Shown piece by piece: positions 49,106 through 58,446 of a stretch of 64,000 bases of DNA; position 1 is the stretch's first letter, and every line of letters begins with the position of its first letter. The stretch is from a virus. The notes below the pieces were generated by a model. It made no database searches, was not told where the DNA came from, and worked only from the letters and a program-made list of their open reading frames with translations. The position numbers and the translations under genes were made by a program. The stretch is taken from positions 39,444 to 103,443 of the IMG/VR virus record IMGVR_UViG_3300031722_000011; one strand, written 5' to 3'.

Positions 49106-49312
49106 ATGGCAGTTGTAAGGACTAAAGAAGGATATCAAATCAACTCTCCAACCAAGGAATTTACTGCAAACGAAGGAGATATATTTCCAGATAATACAAA
49201 TAATTTACAAGGATGGATTCAAAATGGGAGTTGTATGAATTTAATAATGGATAATAATAGTTTAAAAGTATTAATGTTTAATGAAAAAAATAACGTATGG
49301 TTTGAAATATAA
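49106..49312 (+). CDS. Small fibre-associated protein
   Basis: NGSC...FNE...W.E motif; RBS. Confidence 0.55.
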   Translation: MAVVRTKEGYQINSPTKEFTANEGDIFPDNTNNLQGWIQNGSCMNLIMDNNSLKVLMFNEKNNVWFEI

Positions 49313-49812
49313 ATAAGTAATAAATTAACTTGATAAAACTGCCCTTTTACAATGATAAATTATAACAGAATAGTGAGTAGAAAAATATCGTGGGTTACTC
49401 TCCTACTCACTAAATATGTTTGTGCAATTTAGTATTAAATATTTATTATATCATATGTTGAGATTTTATGGAACAGATAGAGAAATAAATTTAAGTGTCA
49501 GAAATTATTTATACTTGTAATTGTGCTACTGAAAGCTATTTAAATTGATGATTAATAGTCAAAGTCAAAGTAAGTCAGTAAATGACTAAGTAGATTTGTA
49601 AATTGACCAAGTAAGTTAGAAATAATGCTTATAAACGTGATGAACAGGTAATTTTATAGTTGGAATTTGGAATAAGTAGTTTCAAGTAATGACCTAGTAG
49701 ATTATTACGACCGTTCTCGTTGTGGTTAGTTGGTCTTAAATGTGGGTGATGGTTAATGATATGGGCGAACGAGAAATATAAAGAAAGTAGAAAAGTTTTA
49801 CACTCTCCTACT

Positions 49813-50055
49813 TTAATATAATCTTACCTTGTTAAGAAATTCATGTACACTCTCTTCTGATTTTAATATATCAATCAACATAACATCTAACATTTTGCTC
49901 ATAGGATAGTTTGTTAATTCAGATATTTCTTCAAAATCAGATAATAAATCATCCCTTACCATTGTACTTAATCTACGTCGTTTACCTAATTTAGTATAAT
50001 CATTAGCATATTTTATGTTGAATTTATTACCATTAGCACCTCTCATTGTTCTCAT
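49813..50055 (-). CDS. Ribbon-helix-helix DNA-binding protein
   Basis: RLSTMVRDDLL...EISELTNYPMSKMLDVM. Promoter TTGTAC-17-TATAAT (50109-50081). Minus-strand terminator ~49782-49814. Confidence 0.75.
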   Translation of the reverse strand: MRTMRGANGNKFNIKYANDYTKLGKRRRLSTMVRDDLLSDFEEISELTNYPMSKMLDVMLIDILKSEESVHEFLNKVRLY

Positions 50056-50256
50056 ATGTAAATATCACCTCTTTTTATACATTATAACATATGGACAGTT
50101 ATTGTACAAGCGTGATACTAGCAGAAAATGATGTTTTCCCGATAGTGTAATGGTAGTTAATAGAATGTTGTTTATAGTATATGTAGTAAGGGTTTAGTAA
50201 TTGTACATAGGTTTTAGAATTTTAAAAAATACGAAATTAGAAAAGGAGAAAATATT

Positions 50257-50823
50257 ATGGGAAAAGATACAGTAGTTATTGAATTTAACCAAGACAATTT
50301 AGACAGGTTTTTAACAGAATATTATAAGACTCATAGAAAAGGTAAAAAGCCTATTGTAGAAAGTCCAATGTCAAGGTCATTAAATAAGATGCTTGTAATT
50401 ACAAATCGTATTGTACAAAATACGCATAAGCAAAATATGAAAGCTTATACTTGCTTTGTAGTAAAAGACTTAGGATTAGAAAATTTAGGTATTAGTTCTG
50501 CAAATTTGAATGTACATTTTGTTTTTCCTACAAAAATTCGTCATGATCTAGATAATTTCCTTGGAGGATGTAAAGAACAAGTTGATGGATTTTCGGAAAT
50601 TGGATTAATTGTAGATGATGACTATTCACATATACATACCATTTCCAGTTCAGCAGAATACATAAAAGGAGAAACAAAAATGATATTTACATTTAGTAAT
50701 TGTAAATTTGATTTAGATGAATTAAAAGAAGTACAAGCTAAAGAAAAAATAAGAAAAGAAAAACGTGAAGAAAGTATGGCTGAAAAGAAGAAAACCAAGA
50801 AAAAGAGTATTAAAAAGAAATAA
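50257..50823 (+). CDS. rusA: RusA-family Holliday junction resolvase
   Basis: FVFPTKIRHDLDN...K...DGF...GLIVDDD. Confidence 0.8.
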   Translation: MGKDTVVIEFNQDNLDRFLTEYYKTHRKGKKPIVESPMSRSLNKMLVITNRIVQNTHKQNMKAYTCFVVKDLGLENLGISSANLNVHFVFPTKIRHDLDNFLGGCKEQVDGFSEIGLIVDDDYSHIHTISSSAEYIKGETKMIFTFSNCKFDLDELKEVQAKEKIRKEKREESMAEKKKTKKKSIKKK

Positions 50824-50837
50824 ATTATATTATTGGA

Positions 50838-51029
50838 GTGAATGAGATGGATAAGAAAAAACTATATACATGTAAAACATTAAGGCTTTGTAATTGGTTG
50901 AATAAGATATATGACATATTATCAGTTGTTCCAGACAAGGATAATCCTAGATTTAGTGTATTTCTGTTCGAGGATAGTGATGAATTTAGAGAATATCTAA
51001 GCAAATATAATAACGGATTAAGTAAGTAA
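50838..51029 (+). CDS. DUF5659-like small protein
   Basis: LCNWL...PDKDNPRFSVFLFEDS. Confidence 0.6.
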   Translation: MNEMDKKKLYTCKTLRLCNWLNKIYDILSVVPDKDNPRFSVFLFEDSDEFREYLSKYNNGLSK

Positions 51030-51120
51030 ACTAGACACTTTTAAGGAATTGGAAGTGTCTTTTATTATGTCTAATTTTAATTATAAAAAATAAGAAATTA
51101 ATAAGAAAGAAGGAATTTAA

Positions 51121-52677
51121 ATGAATAAGTTTGAAGAATCAGAACAATTAATATTAAAATTTTGTAAAGAGAATAAAAGAATACCAACAAATGAAGAATT
51201 AAAATTTAAATGCAAAATTAAACCTGAGATAAAGTCATTAAGAGAGTATTATAGAAGTAAAAATTTTGACAATCATATTGAGTATTTTAGAGACTTAGGA
51301 TATCCGGTAGGAAAAGGAGAAGTATTTTTAAATAGTAAATATATATCAATAAAGAAATTAAATATTTTGGACTTGAAAAAATTAATTAAACAATTTATAG
51401 ATATGTATGAACATTTTCCAAAGCATTTTGAATTCAATATTAAGAATAATTTGCCAAGCTATACATCTACAAAAGGAATCTTAGATAATAATAATTCTAG
51501 TTTTAATGAAATATCTTTAGAATTGGGACAACATAGGATGACTAATAATGAAGGTTATGAGTATTGGTTAAATAAATATAAGGAGGTCATGATAAATGGA
51601 GAACCGTTAGAATACAGAGACAATAGTAAATTTATATTACCAGATGTTAGATGGTTTATAACTAATTGTAAAAATAGCAAAGTCAAAACATATAATGATT
51701 GGGTAAGATATGAATTAAACTTAATACCTCATGTAAATGTAAACAAAGAAGAATGTATTATCATGGCTAAAAGAATGGAGATTGATTTAAAAAGACCATT
51801 AATGTATGAAGATGTTACAAAAGCCAGTAATACTCAAAGAACAGTTAATATTGGATCTATAAAAAAGCATTGGAAAAATATGAACGATATGAAATTAGAA
51901 CTTGGTATGGAAATAATTCAAGAAGATATGATTATAAGACATAAATCTAAAGATGAAATGCTTAATGATATGCAAAAATTAATAGATGAGTTAGATAGAT
52001 TACCAACAACTAAAGATATCGTTGAATGTCCATATATTAATAATAGTGCCTGTTATAGCATATATTTTGGAGGTATAAATAATGTATTCATACAACTAGG
52101 ATATATACCTAATAAAAAATGTGTATCATTACATATGACAAATGAAGATATAATTAATATTTACAAGGACTTTATAGATGACTGCGGAGTTGTTCCTTCA
52201 TATAAAACTGCACAATATACTTATATATTACCTTCTCCTAAAACAGTAATAAGAAGATTCAACTGTTTATGGAATGAGTTCATAGAAATGATTGGTTATA
52301 CTCCAAATGAATGTAGATATATTTCCGCTGAAGCAAAAGACGGGACAAGATGTACTTCGAGTTGCGAAGTAATTGTACATAATTACTTATTAACTTTACC
52401 AGTTGATAAATTAGAAAAAGAAACAATGTATAGAGACATTTTAGATGATACGACTTTACAAATTGAAGCTGGATTTAAAAGGTTAGATTGGACATTTGAT
52501 TATAATGGATTTCATTATTATATTGAATTATTTGGAATGATGGGATTTAAAGAATATGACAAAAGACATGATGAAAAAATAAGTTTAATTACTAGAGATA
52601 ACAAATTAAATAATTTTATAGCTATTTATCCAAAAGATTTAAATAAATTAAAAGACATATTTAGCTATATAAAATAA
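51121..52677 (+). CDS. Putative homing endonuclease with repeated helical DNA-binding units and a C-terminal PD-(D/E)XK-like nuclease
   Basis: Repeats L.RLPT...FGG.N...LG; C-terminal DGTRCTSSCE...DW...YIELFG. Confidence 0.6.
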   Translation: MNKFEESEQLILKFCKENKRIPTNEELKFKCKIKPEIKSLREYYRSKNFDNHIEYFRDLGYPVGKGEVFLNSKYISIKKLNILDLKKLIKQFIDMYEHFPKHFEFNIKNNLPSYTSTKGILDNNNSSFNEISLELGQHRMTNNEGYEYWLNKYKEVMINGEPLEYRDNSKFILPDVRWFITNCKNSKVKTYNDWVRYELNLIPHVNVNKEECIIMAKRMEIDLKRPLMYEDVTKASNTQRTVNIGSIKKHWKNMNDMKLELGMEIIQEDMIIRHKSKDEMLNDMQKLIDELDRLPTTKDIVECPYINNSACYSIYFGGINNVFIQLGYIPNKKCVSLHMTNEDIINIYKDFIDDCGVVPSYKTAQYTYILPSPKTVIRRFNCLWNEFIEMIGYTPNECRYISAEAKDGTRCTSSCEVIVHNYLLTLPVDKLEKETMYRDILDDTTLQIEAGFKRLDWTFDYNGFHYYIELFGMMGFKEYDKRHDEKISLITRDNKLNNFIAIYPKDLNKLKDIFSYIK

Positions 52678-52704
52678 ATTAAAAACGAAAGGACTTGATA
52701 TAAT

Positions 52705-53706
52705 ATGACAGATATTAATATGAATATGGTCAGAGATAGATCATTAAAATTACCAATTGTTACAGATGAAATGTACAATCAATGTAATCAAGAAACTAGA
52801 GAGATGATACAGGAGTTCTTTGACAATAAAGCTTCGTTGTCTCCAGATACTAAAAAACAGTATTGGTCAGCATTAAGGCAGTTTGCACATTGGATGCATG
52901 TTTCTTGTGCCGATAAGCCACTGTATAAAATTAAGAAGAGAGATTTTACAAGGTTTATGTCTTATCTTGTAAATCGAGGAATGTCCTCAAGTGGTTTAAA
53001 ATTTAAGAAATCAGCTTGTAGTTCATTATGTGGCTATATAGAAGATAATATAGTAGAAGATGAAGATATGAAAGATTATGAAACATTTAGAAATTTCACT
53101 ACTTCATTTAAGGATATACCATTGAATTACGTATATGAAAAAATACCAATTTCAGAAGAAGAATACAACAAATTAAAAGAAGTTTTATTAGAAGATGGGA
53201 ATTATATGGCACTAGCATGGGTAGTTTGTGCTTTTAATTGTGGAGCTAGACGTAGTGGAATCGTACAATTCAAGGTAGATTGTATTAAGGATGGTATTCC
53301 GGAAGGTAAAAGTTATGTATTAAGTAACAAGGTGAGGGAAAAAGGGCGTAGTTTAGATGGCAAGGTGTGCCAGTACATGTTAAATCAAGAATGTATAGAT
53401 TATATAAACTTATGGTTAGAACATAGGGGATATGAACATGAATATATATTTACAACAAAATATGGTGAATTAAAACAAGCGTCTAGAGAATGGGCAGATG
53501 ACATATGTATAAATATTTTATCAGATATATTGGGAAGACGAATAAACGTTCATTTGTTCAAATCGTCAGCCATCACGAATCTTTTAAATAAAGGGAAAGA
53601 CATGAAAACTGTGTCGAAATATGTCGCACAACATAATGATATTTCGACAACTCAAAAGTTTTATGATCTTCGTCCAGAAGAAGGTTTAGATAATCTTTTT
53701 GATTAA
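52705..53706 (+). CDS. Tyrosine recombinase (SAM-like N-domain plus catalytic domain)
   Basis: TKKQYWSALRQF, GARRSG (R), REKG (K), HLFK, QHNDISTTQKFY (H, Y). Confidence 0.9.
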   Translation: MTDINMNMVRDRSLKLPIVTDEMYNQCNQETREMIQEFFDNKASLSPDTKKQYWSALRQFAHWMHVSCADKPLYKIKKRDFTRFMSYLVNRGMSSSGLKFKKSACSSLCGYIEDNIVEDEDMKDYETFRNFTTSFKDIPLNYVYEKIPISEEEYNKLKEVLLEDGNYMALAWVVCAFNCGARRSGIVQFKVDCIKDGIPEGKSYVLSNKVREKGRSLDGKVCQYMLNQECIDYINLWLEHRGYEHEYIFTTKYGELKQASREWADDICINILSDILGRRINVHLFKSSAITNLLNKGKDMKTVSKYVAQHNDISTTQKFYDLRPEEGLDNLFD

Positions 53707-54011
53707 TAACTATATATAAACTCGTATTTCAATACATAAAAACCAAAACCACACAAAAACTAATCTCATAGCTCTTAATAATTTAAAACAATTAACACTG
53801 GAGAGTGGAAAAATTATAAAAATATAAAAGACTATGAGATTATAACTAATTAAATAAACTAAAAGGTAAAATATTAATTGTAGAACCATTATAAGCTAAA
53901 TAACCAAACTTATAATTAGCATAATAATAACTCTACAATTAATATTATTTCCACAAATCTAAAAAATATACATGTTATTATACAAAGTAATGAAAGGATG
54001 GTGTCACTCCT

Positions 54012-54239
54012 ATGAATAATAACTTAAACAATTCTAATAATACCCTATTAAAATCACTAATAATTCAGGTAGAACATAGAGATATTTTATTAAAGCAATC
54101 TGAAAGAGAACTAGAAGTTAATCTAATAAAATTAAATGAAGAATCTAGAAGATTGAAAAACGCTATCCAATTGAATAAATTCCTAATAGTTTCATTAATT
54201 ACAAGTATAATAATGTGCATTTATTTTATATATCACTAA
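54012..54239 (+). CDS. Coiled-coil protein with C-terminal TM helix
   Basis: ORF track; hydrophobic C-terminus. Confidence 0.55.
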   Translation: MNNNLNNSNNTLLKSLIIQVEHRDILLKQSERELEVNLIKLNEESRRLKNAIQLNKFLIVSLITSIIMCIYFIYH

Positions 54240-54339
54240 ATTATCACTAAATTAAAGTATTAAATATAAATAATTTTAAAGAAAGGACAGTGTTTAATAA
54301 TGAATAAATAAAATAAATTATGAAAGGAATGATTAAATT

Positions 54340-54615
54340 ATGGATCAAATGTTCATAGAAATTTTTAAATTATCACCAATAGTAGGAATGTTACTTATAA
54401 TGTATTACTACCAACGAAAAGATTATACAAAACTTGTGGAGGATACAAGAAAAGAAAGTAAAGAAAGAGAAGACAAAATGCAATTAACTATTAATAAAAA
54501 CCAAGAAATTATAGGTAAGAATCAAGAAATAATTGGTGATTTAGCTAATAAATTTGATGTAATTGAAGAAATTAAAGACGATGTTCAACAAATCAAAGGT
54601 TATATTTTTAAATAA
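54340..54615 (+). CDS. BhlA/UviB-family holin-like protein
   Basis: N-terminal TM; KESKEREDKMQ.TI.KNQEII...IKDDV. Confidence 0.8.
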   Translation: MDQMFIEIFKLSPIVGMLLIMYYYQRKDYTKLVEDTRKESKEREDKMQLTINKNQEIIGKNQEIIGDLANKFDVIEEIKDDVQQIKGYIFK

Positions 54616-54751
54616 AAAGAAGTCAACTTTTACAAGCTAACTTCTTTAAAAATAATATATTCATCAATTAACTATGCCATGCTGAATATATTATTAAGAT
54701 TAGTTCCAATATAATTATATCAATTAAATTAACAAATATCAATATATATTT

Positions 54752-54812
54752 TATGGGTAGTATACTAAAATAGCACATTTGTGTTAAATAGTATACTACC
54801 CATATTTTTTTT
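54752..54812 (+). terminator. Large hairpin terminator at the convergence of the two arms
   Basis: 16-bp inverted repeat TATGGGTAGTATACTA / TAGTATACTACCCATA followed by a T-run. Confidence 0.75.
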
Positions 54813-54890
54813 CGTTTTATGAAGAACGAATGGAGTTATCACTATTATAAAAACTTTCTGCATTAATATTATATGTTGATTATTTTATAT

Positions 54891-56153
54891 TTATACACTT
54901 AATTTTCTACAATTTCTGAATAGTTTAATTTCATTTTTATCTAATTCTTCATTAATAATATTCTTAACTCTACAATATTGATAATTTGAACTACTCAAAC
55001 TACATTGACATTCGACTATATCCCCTATTTCAATGTCATTATCATCGCTAATAAAATTCTTTAAACTAGCACTATCATAAGTAAATTCTACCTGATAAAT
55101 TTTAGTTGTAATAGTATCTCTTTCTTTAATAGTAATGAAATAATCTTCAATGTCATTAAAATATTGAGTAATTCCACTAATCTTTCTAGATAATGCTCTT
55201 TGAATATATACATCACTTTCTATTAGTTCTATTGGTATTATCTTATCAAAAGCTCTAGTGTCTAATATTTCTACATCATTAGCATTTATATGTAAGACTT
55301 TGTTCCCGTATACTATAGCCATAGAAGTACCGTCATACAGTACATCTCCAGTTTTATAACCTCTTTTAGATAATTGTTCTTTAGTTATATATTTTGCTTT
55401 GGTTATATCAAAGTTTACTTTATCAATAGGTTCTTTAATATTATTATCACATGGTTTAAACCTAATATCAGAATACCAAGATTTAATTCCGTTATCATCA
55501 AGTACGAGATATCCACAATTATCTTTATCATATATCTTATATAGACTGCCTATTGTTAAAGCTAAATTGCCAGTATCATTATCAATACACTTTAAACATT
55601 CTGCATTGTTGGTATCATTTAAAGCAACATTATCTATAGATCCTTTTGTATATATCTGTGCAAAATCTATTTCTGAAAACTCATAAACTTTAAAATTATC
55701 TTCCTCGTCATAAGAATCTAAATCTCCAACGGCTATTCCATCTCCGTATTCAGAATCAAATTCATAACAAGTAAGGTTTTTATAATCATTATAATAAGTT
55801 TCATTCTGTATTTCATCTCCATCTGACCATGTGGTAATTCCATTAGTAATTAATACACCAAATAAAATTTTGGCTTCTTCTTTTGATTTGCAATGAATTG
55901 CTATGTCTTTATTTTTAAAGTCTTGAATATTAAAAATCCAGTTGTAATAATCTTTTGGATTTTCTGTAGTTTCATATTCTTCACCTTTGAATTGAATATC
56001 TTTAATCATATCTTTCATACAGTCGTCACATTCGATAAATTCACTACATTTGTCATTGTTTAAACCAAAATCACTGGGACATAATTCCTCTTTTACAGTT
56101 TGTTTTAGAAAGTCTTCTCTTGTCATGTTCTTTGCCATTTCATTAATATTCAT
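54891..56153 (-). CDS. Multi-domain hypothetical protein
   Basis: 420-aa ORF with phage modules (CPSDFGL, IAIHCKSKEEA, LTIGSLYKI). Confidence 0.7.
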   Translation of the reverse strand: MNINEMAKNMTREDFLKQTVKEELCPSDFGLNNDKCSEFIECDDCMKDMIKDIQFKGEEYETTENPKDYYNWIFNIQDFKNKDIAIHCKSKEEAKILFGVLITNGITTWSDGDEIQNETYYNDYKNLTCYEFDSEYGDGIAVGDLDSYDEEDNFKVYEFSEIDFAQIYTKGSIDNVALNDTNNAECLKCIDNDTGNLALTIGSLYKIYDKDNCGYLVLDDNGIKSWYSDIRFKPCDNNIKEPIDKVNFDITKAKYITKEQLSKRGYKTGDVLYDGTSMAIVYGNKVLHINANDVEILDTRAFDKIIPIELIESDVYIQRALSRKISGITQYFNDIEDYFITIKERDTITTKIYQVEFTYDSASLKNFISDDNDIEIGDIVECQCSLSSSNYQYCRVKNIINEELDKNEIKLFRNCRKLSV

Positions 56154-56282
56154 TTTCTAATTCCCCTTTATACATTAATTTATTAAATAGTTTCTAAAAT
56201 TATCCTTTTATTTAAATATTAAAAATAACATATTGCTAAACATATAATACATAAAGCTATTATTAATGCAACTGTTACCATA

Positions 56283-56873
56283 TTACTCAGCGACCTCCTT
56301 ATTTAAGCACAACTCTTTAAAGCTAGGTAATGTCTCAATCCACTTACAAAACTCTCTCCATTCTGGAAGCCTGTGACTTTTACGTTGACTATAAAGAGTT
56401 TTTAAACATCTATAATTAGTTGTTAATCTAGCAGTTAATTCAAATCCAGCAGGAACATTATATAGTATTTCTAAATATAATTCTTTTGCAATATCACAAT
56501 TTTTATCAGTAATTGAATTATATAATTCTACCTTTTGTTGAAGTTTTTCTATTGTACTATCCCATACGTATTTATTACATTGCTTTTTAATATCTAATTT
56601 AGTTATTCTATGCATAGTTGATTGTGAACTTACAAATTCTAAGAATCTATATCTTTCAGCTTCTACCCATGCTTTATTACTAAAGGTAACATCAAAGGCG
56701 ACTCTTATGCCAGTTAAGAATTGATCATGCCCCTCGCCTTTATTACTATTTCCTAATGCTAATACGGTTTTAGTAATATCTTCGCTACAAGAGTTTGTAT
56801 CTATTGTCATTGGATATTTACTTGCTTTTATGCTTTCTTCTAAATCATATACTTTTATATTTTCAATTTTCAT
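56283..56873 (-). CDS. Conserved phage protein, possibly a distant ThyX-fold protein
   Basis: H..FL..I.V.FD, E.ERYR...SSQSTMH, NYR.L...QR..H.L.EW. Lacks the canonical RHR. Confidence 0.45.
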   Translation of the reverse strand: MKIENIKVYDLEESIKASKYPMTIDTNSCSEDITKTVLALGNSNKGEGHDQFLTGIRVAFDVTFSNKAWVEAERYRFLEFVSSQSTMHRITKLDIKKQCNKYVWDSTIEKLQQKVELYNSITDKNCDIAKELYLEILYNVPAGFELTARLTTNYRCLKTLYSQRKSHRLPEWREFCKWIETLPSFKELCLNKEVAE

Positions 56874-56938
56874 ATTCTTTCATTCTCCATTCTTACTATT
56901 ATTTTATACATTAATTTGTTATTGTATATTTAACTTGA

Positions 56939-57250
56939 CTAAAATTTATAATCTTTATCCATTTCAGCATATACGCTTGTTAATAATAAAGTTTCTTCTT
57001 CAGTCCATCCGCCTTGATTATTTTTATCATTTTTAAGAATTTCAAGTTCAATTTGATTTTGAGCTATATTATGTAGTAATTCAACGTCATTCCTTAACTG
57101 TTCATTTACCATTTCTAGTTCATAGTTATTAGCTTTTAATATTTCATTTTCAAGTTTTAACCTATTCATTTCAGTATATAAATCCATTAAAGTCGGACTT
57201 TCTTTAATTTTTAATTGTGATAATTCCCCTATTTTACATGCATTACTCAT
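56939..57250 (-). CDS. Coiled-coil hypothetical protein
   Basis: ORF with GGGAG RBS. Confidence 0.6.
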   Translation of the reverse strand: MSNACKIGELSQLKIKESPTLMDLYTEMNRLKLENEILKANNYELEMVNEQLRNDVELLHNIAQNQIELEILKNDKNNQGGWTEEETLLLTSVYAEMDKDYKF

Positions 57251-57299
57251 TTTAATACAACTCCCTCATAATTCATTATTTTATATTTACTTTAATTTG

Positions 57300-57491
57300 T
57301 TAACTTTTCTTTTCTAGTTTAACATCATACCACCAGCGATTTAATCTTTTTGTTTTTAAATTAAATACTTTAGTTATTTTAGGATCATTAGTATATTCTT
57401 CTAAAATTGTATCTCTCATCTTGAATCTGTTTTCATTTAAGGATATTACTTGAATTGGATTTGTGTTAGTATCTTTTACTGATGTTTTCAT
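57300..57491 (-). CDS. Hypothetical protein
   Basis: ORF with AAGGAG RBS. Confidence 0.6.
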   Translation of the reverse strand: MKTSVKDTNTNPIQVISLNENRFKMRDTILEEYTNDPKITKVFNLKTKRLNRWWYDVKLEKKS

Positions 57492-57505
57492 TTGTATTTT
57501 CTCCT

Positions 57506-58261
57506 TTAATTTATATTTTGTTTATTAGATTCTTTTATGTGTAGTTTATAATCTTCATTAATCCATTTATAAATTTTGCCTAATCTCTCTTCACTATAGA
57601 ATTCTTTATCTTTTGTATACCACATTTCTAAACCTTCAGTATGTTTACTGCTATTACATATCTTACATGATGGTATACAATTTGATAAGTCATTAGAACC
57701 TTCATGGTTTACATGTTCTTTATGGAAATCTGTCCATCTCATTTCACCAGCAAATTTATTAAAATGTTCTTCAATGGGTACTCCACAATAGGCACATTGA
57801 TTATTAAAATATTCTTTACATAATTCCCATTCCTTTTTAGTTATTATATGAGTTTTATGTAATTCTCTATACTCCCTATATTTCTTCAACTTCTCAGGAT
57901 TATTACGTTCCCATTCTAAATATTTTCCACTTGCACGATTTCTTCTTGATACTTCTCTAAAATATTCTCTTTTGTCTGGAGCATATTTAATTTTATGTTC
58001 ATTTCTTTTATATTCTAAGTAATGTTCTCGGTTGTCAATTTGATATTTACCACTCTTTTTTGAAGTACATCTTTTACAATAAGGGCTTAAACCATCTTTG
58101 GTGTTTGATTTATTTTTATAGAAATATTCAGTATCACACAACATCCATTCATCTTCATCAGAAAAATAATCTTTATGTATAGAACATTTTTTATATAATA
58201 CTCCATCTATCTCTTTATGATTATTTTCATAATTAATGCGTTGCATTTCTTCTCGATTCAT
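57506..58261 (-). CDS. HNH endonuclease
   Basis: CAYCG...EHV...GSNDLSNCIPSCKICNSSK; N-terminal Zn module (KDGLSPYCKRC). Confidence 0.9.
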   Translation of the reverse strand: MNREEMQRINYENNHKEIDGVLYKKCSIHKDYFSDEDEWMLCDTEYFYKNKSNTKDGLSPYCKRCTSKKSGKYQIDNREHYLEYKRNEHKIKYAPDKREYFREVSRRNRASGKYLEWERNNPEKLKKYREYRELHKTHIITKKEWELCKEYFNNQCAYCGVPIEEHFNKFAGEMRWTDFHKEHVNHEGSNDLSNCIPSCKICNSSKHTEGLEMWYTKDKEFYSEERLGKIYKWINEDYKLHIKESNKQNIN

Positions 58262-58308
58262 TTAATCACTCGCTTTATATTTTATTCTAATTATGTTTTA
58301 TAATTTAT

Positions 58309-58407
58309 TCAATCATCTTCTTCTTGGTTTTTAGTTGCACCATTAAAGAAAGCTAGGACAATTGCTAGAATTAATACGTAACCTATTATAATTTTTGTTA
58401 AGAGCAT
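58309..58407 (-). CDS. 32-aa membrane peptide (MLLTKIIIGYVLILAIVLAFFNGATKNQEEDD)
   Basis: Hand-translated; RBS GAGGTG. Confidence 0.6.
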   Translation of the reverse strand: MLLTKIIIGYVLILAIVLAFFNGATKNQEEDD

Positions 58408-58446
58408 TTCCATCACCTCTTTTCTTATTCAGATTTTTTACGTTAA

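Noticed and set aside
50136-50156. tRNA 5' half-like string TTCCCGATAGTGTAATGGTAG
   Set aside because: The D-stem does not close, and no anticodon arm, T-arm or acceptor 3' strand follows. At most a remnant.
54752-54804. lox/dif-like recombination site
   Set aside because: The spacer is 21 bp with its own inner stem and is followed by a T-run, which fits a terminator better.
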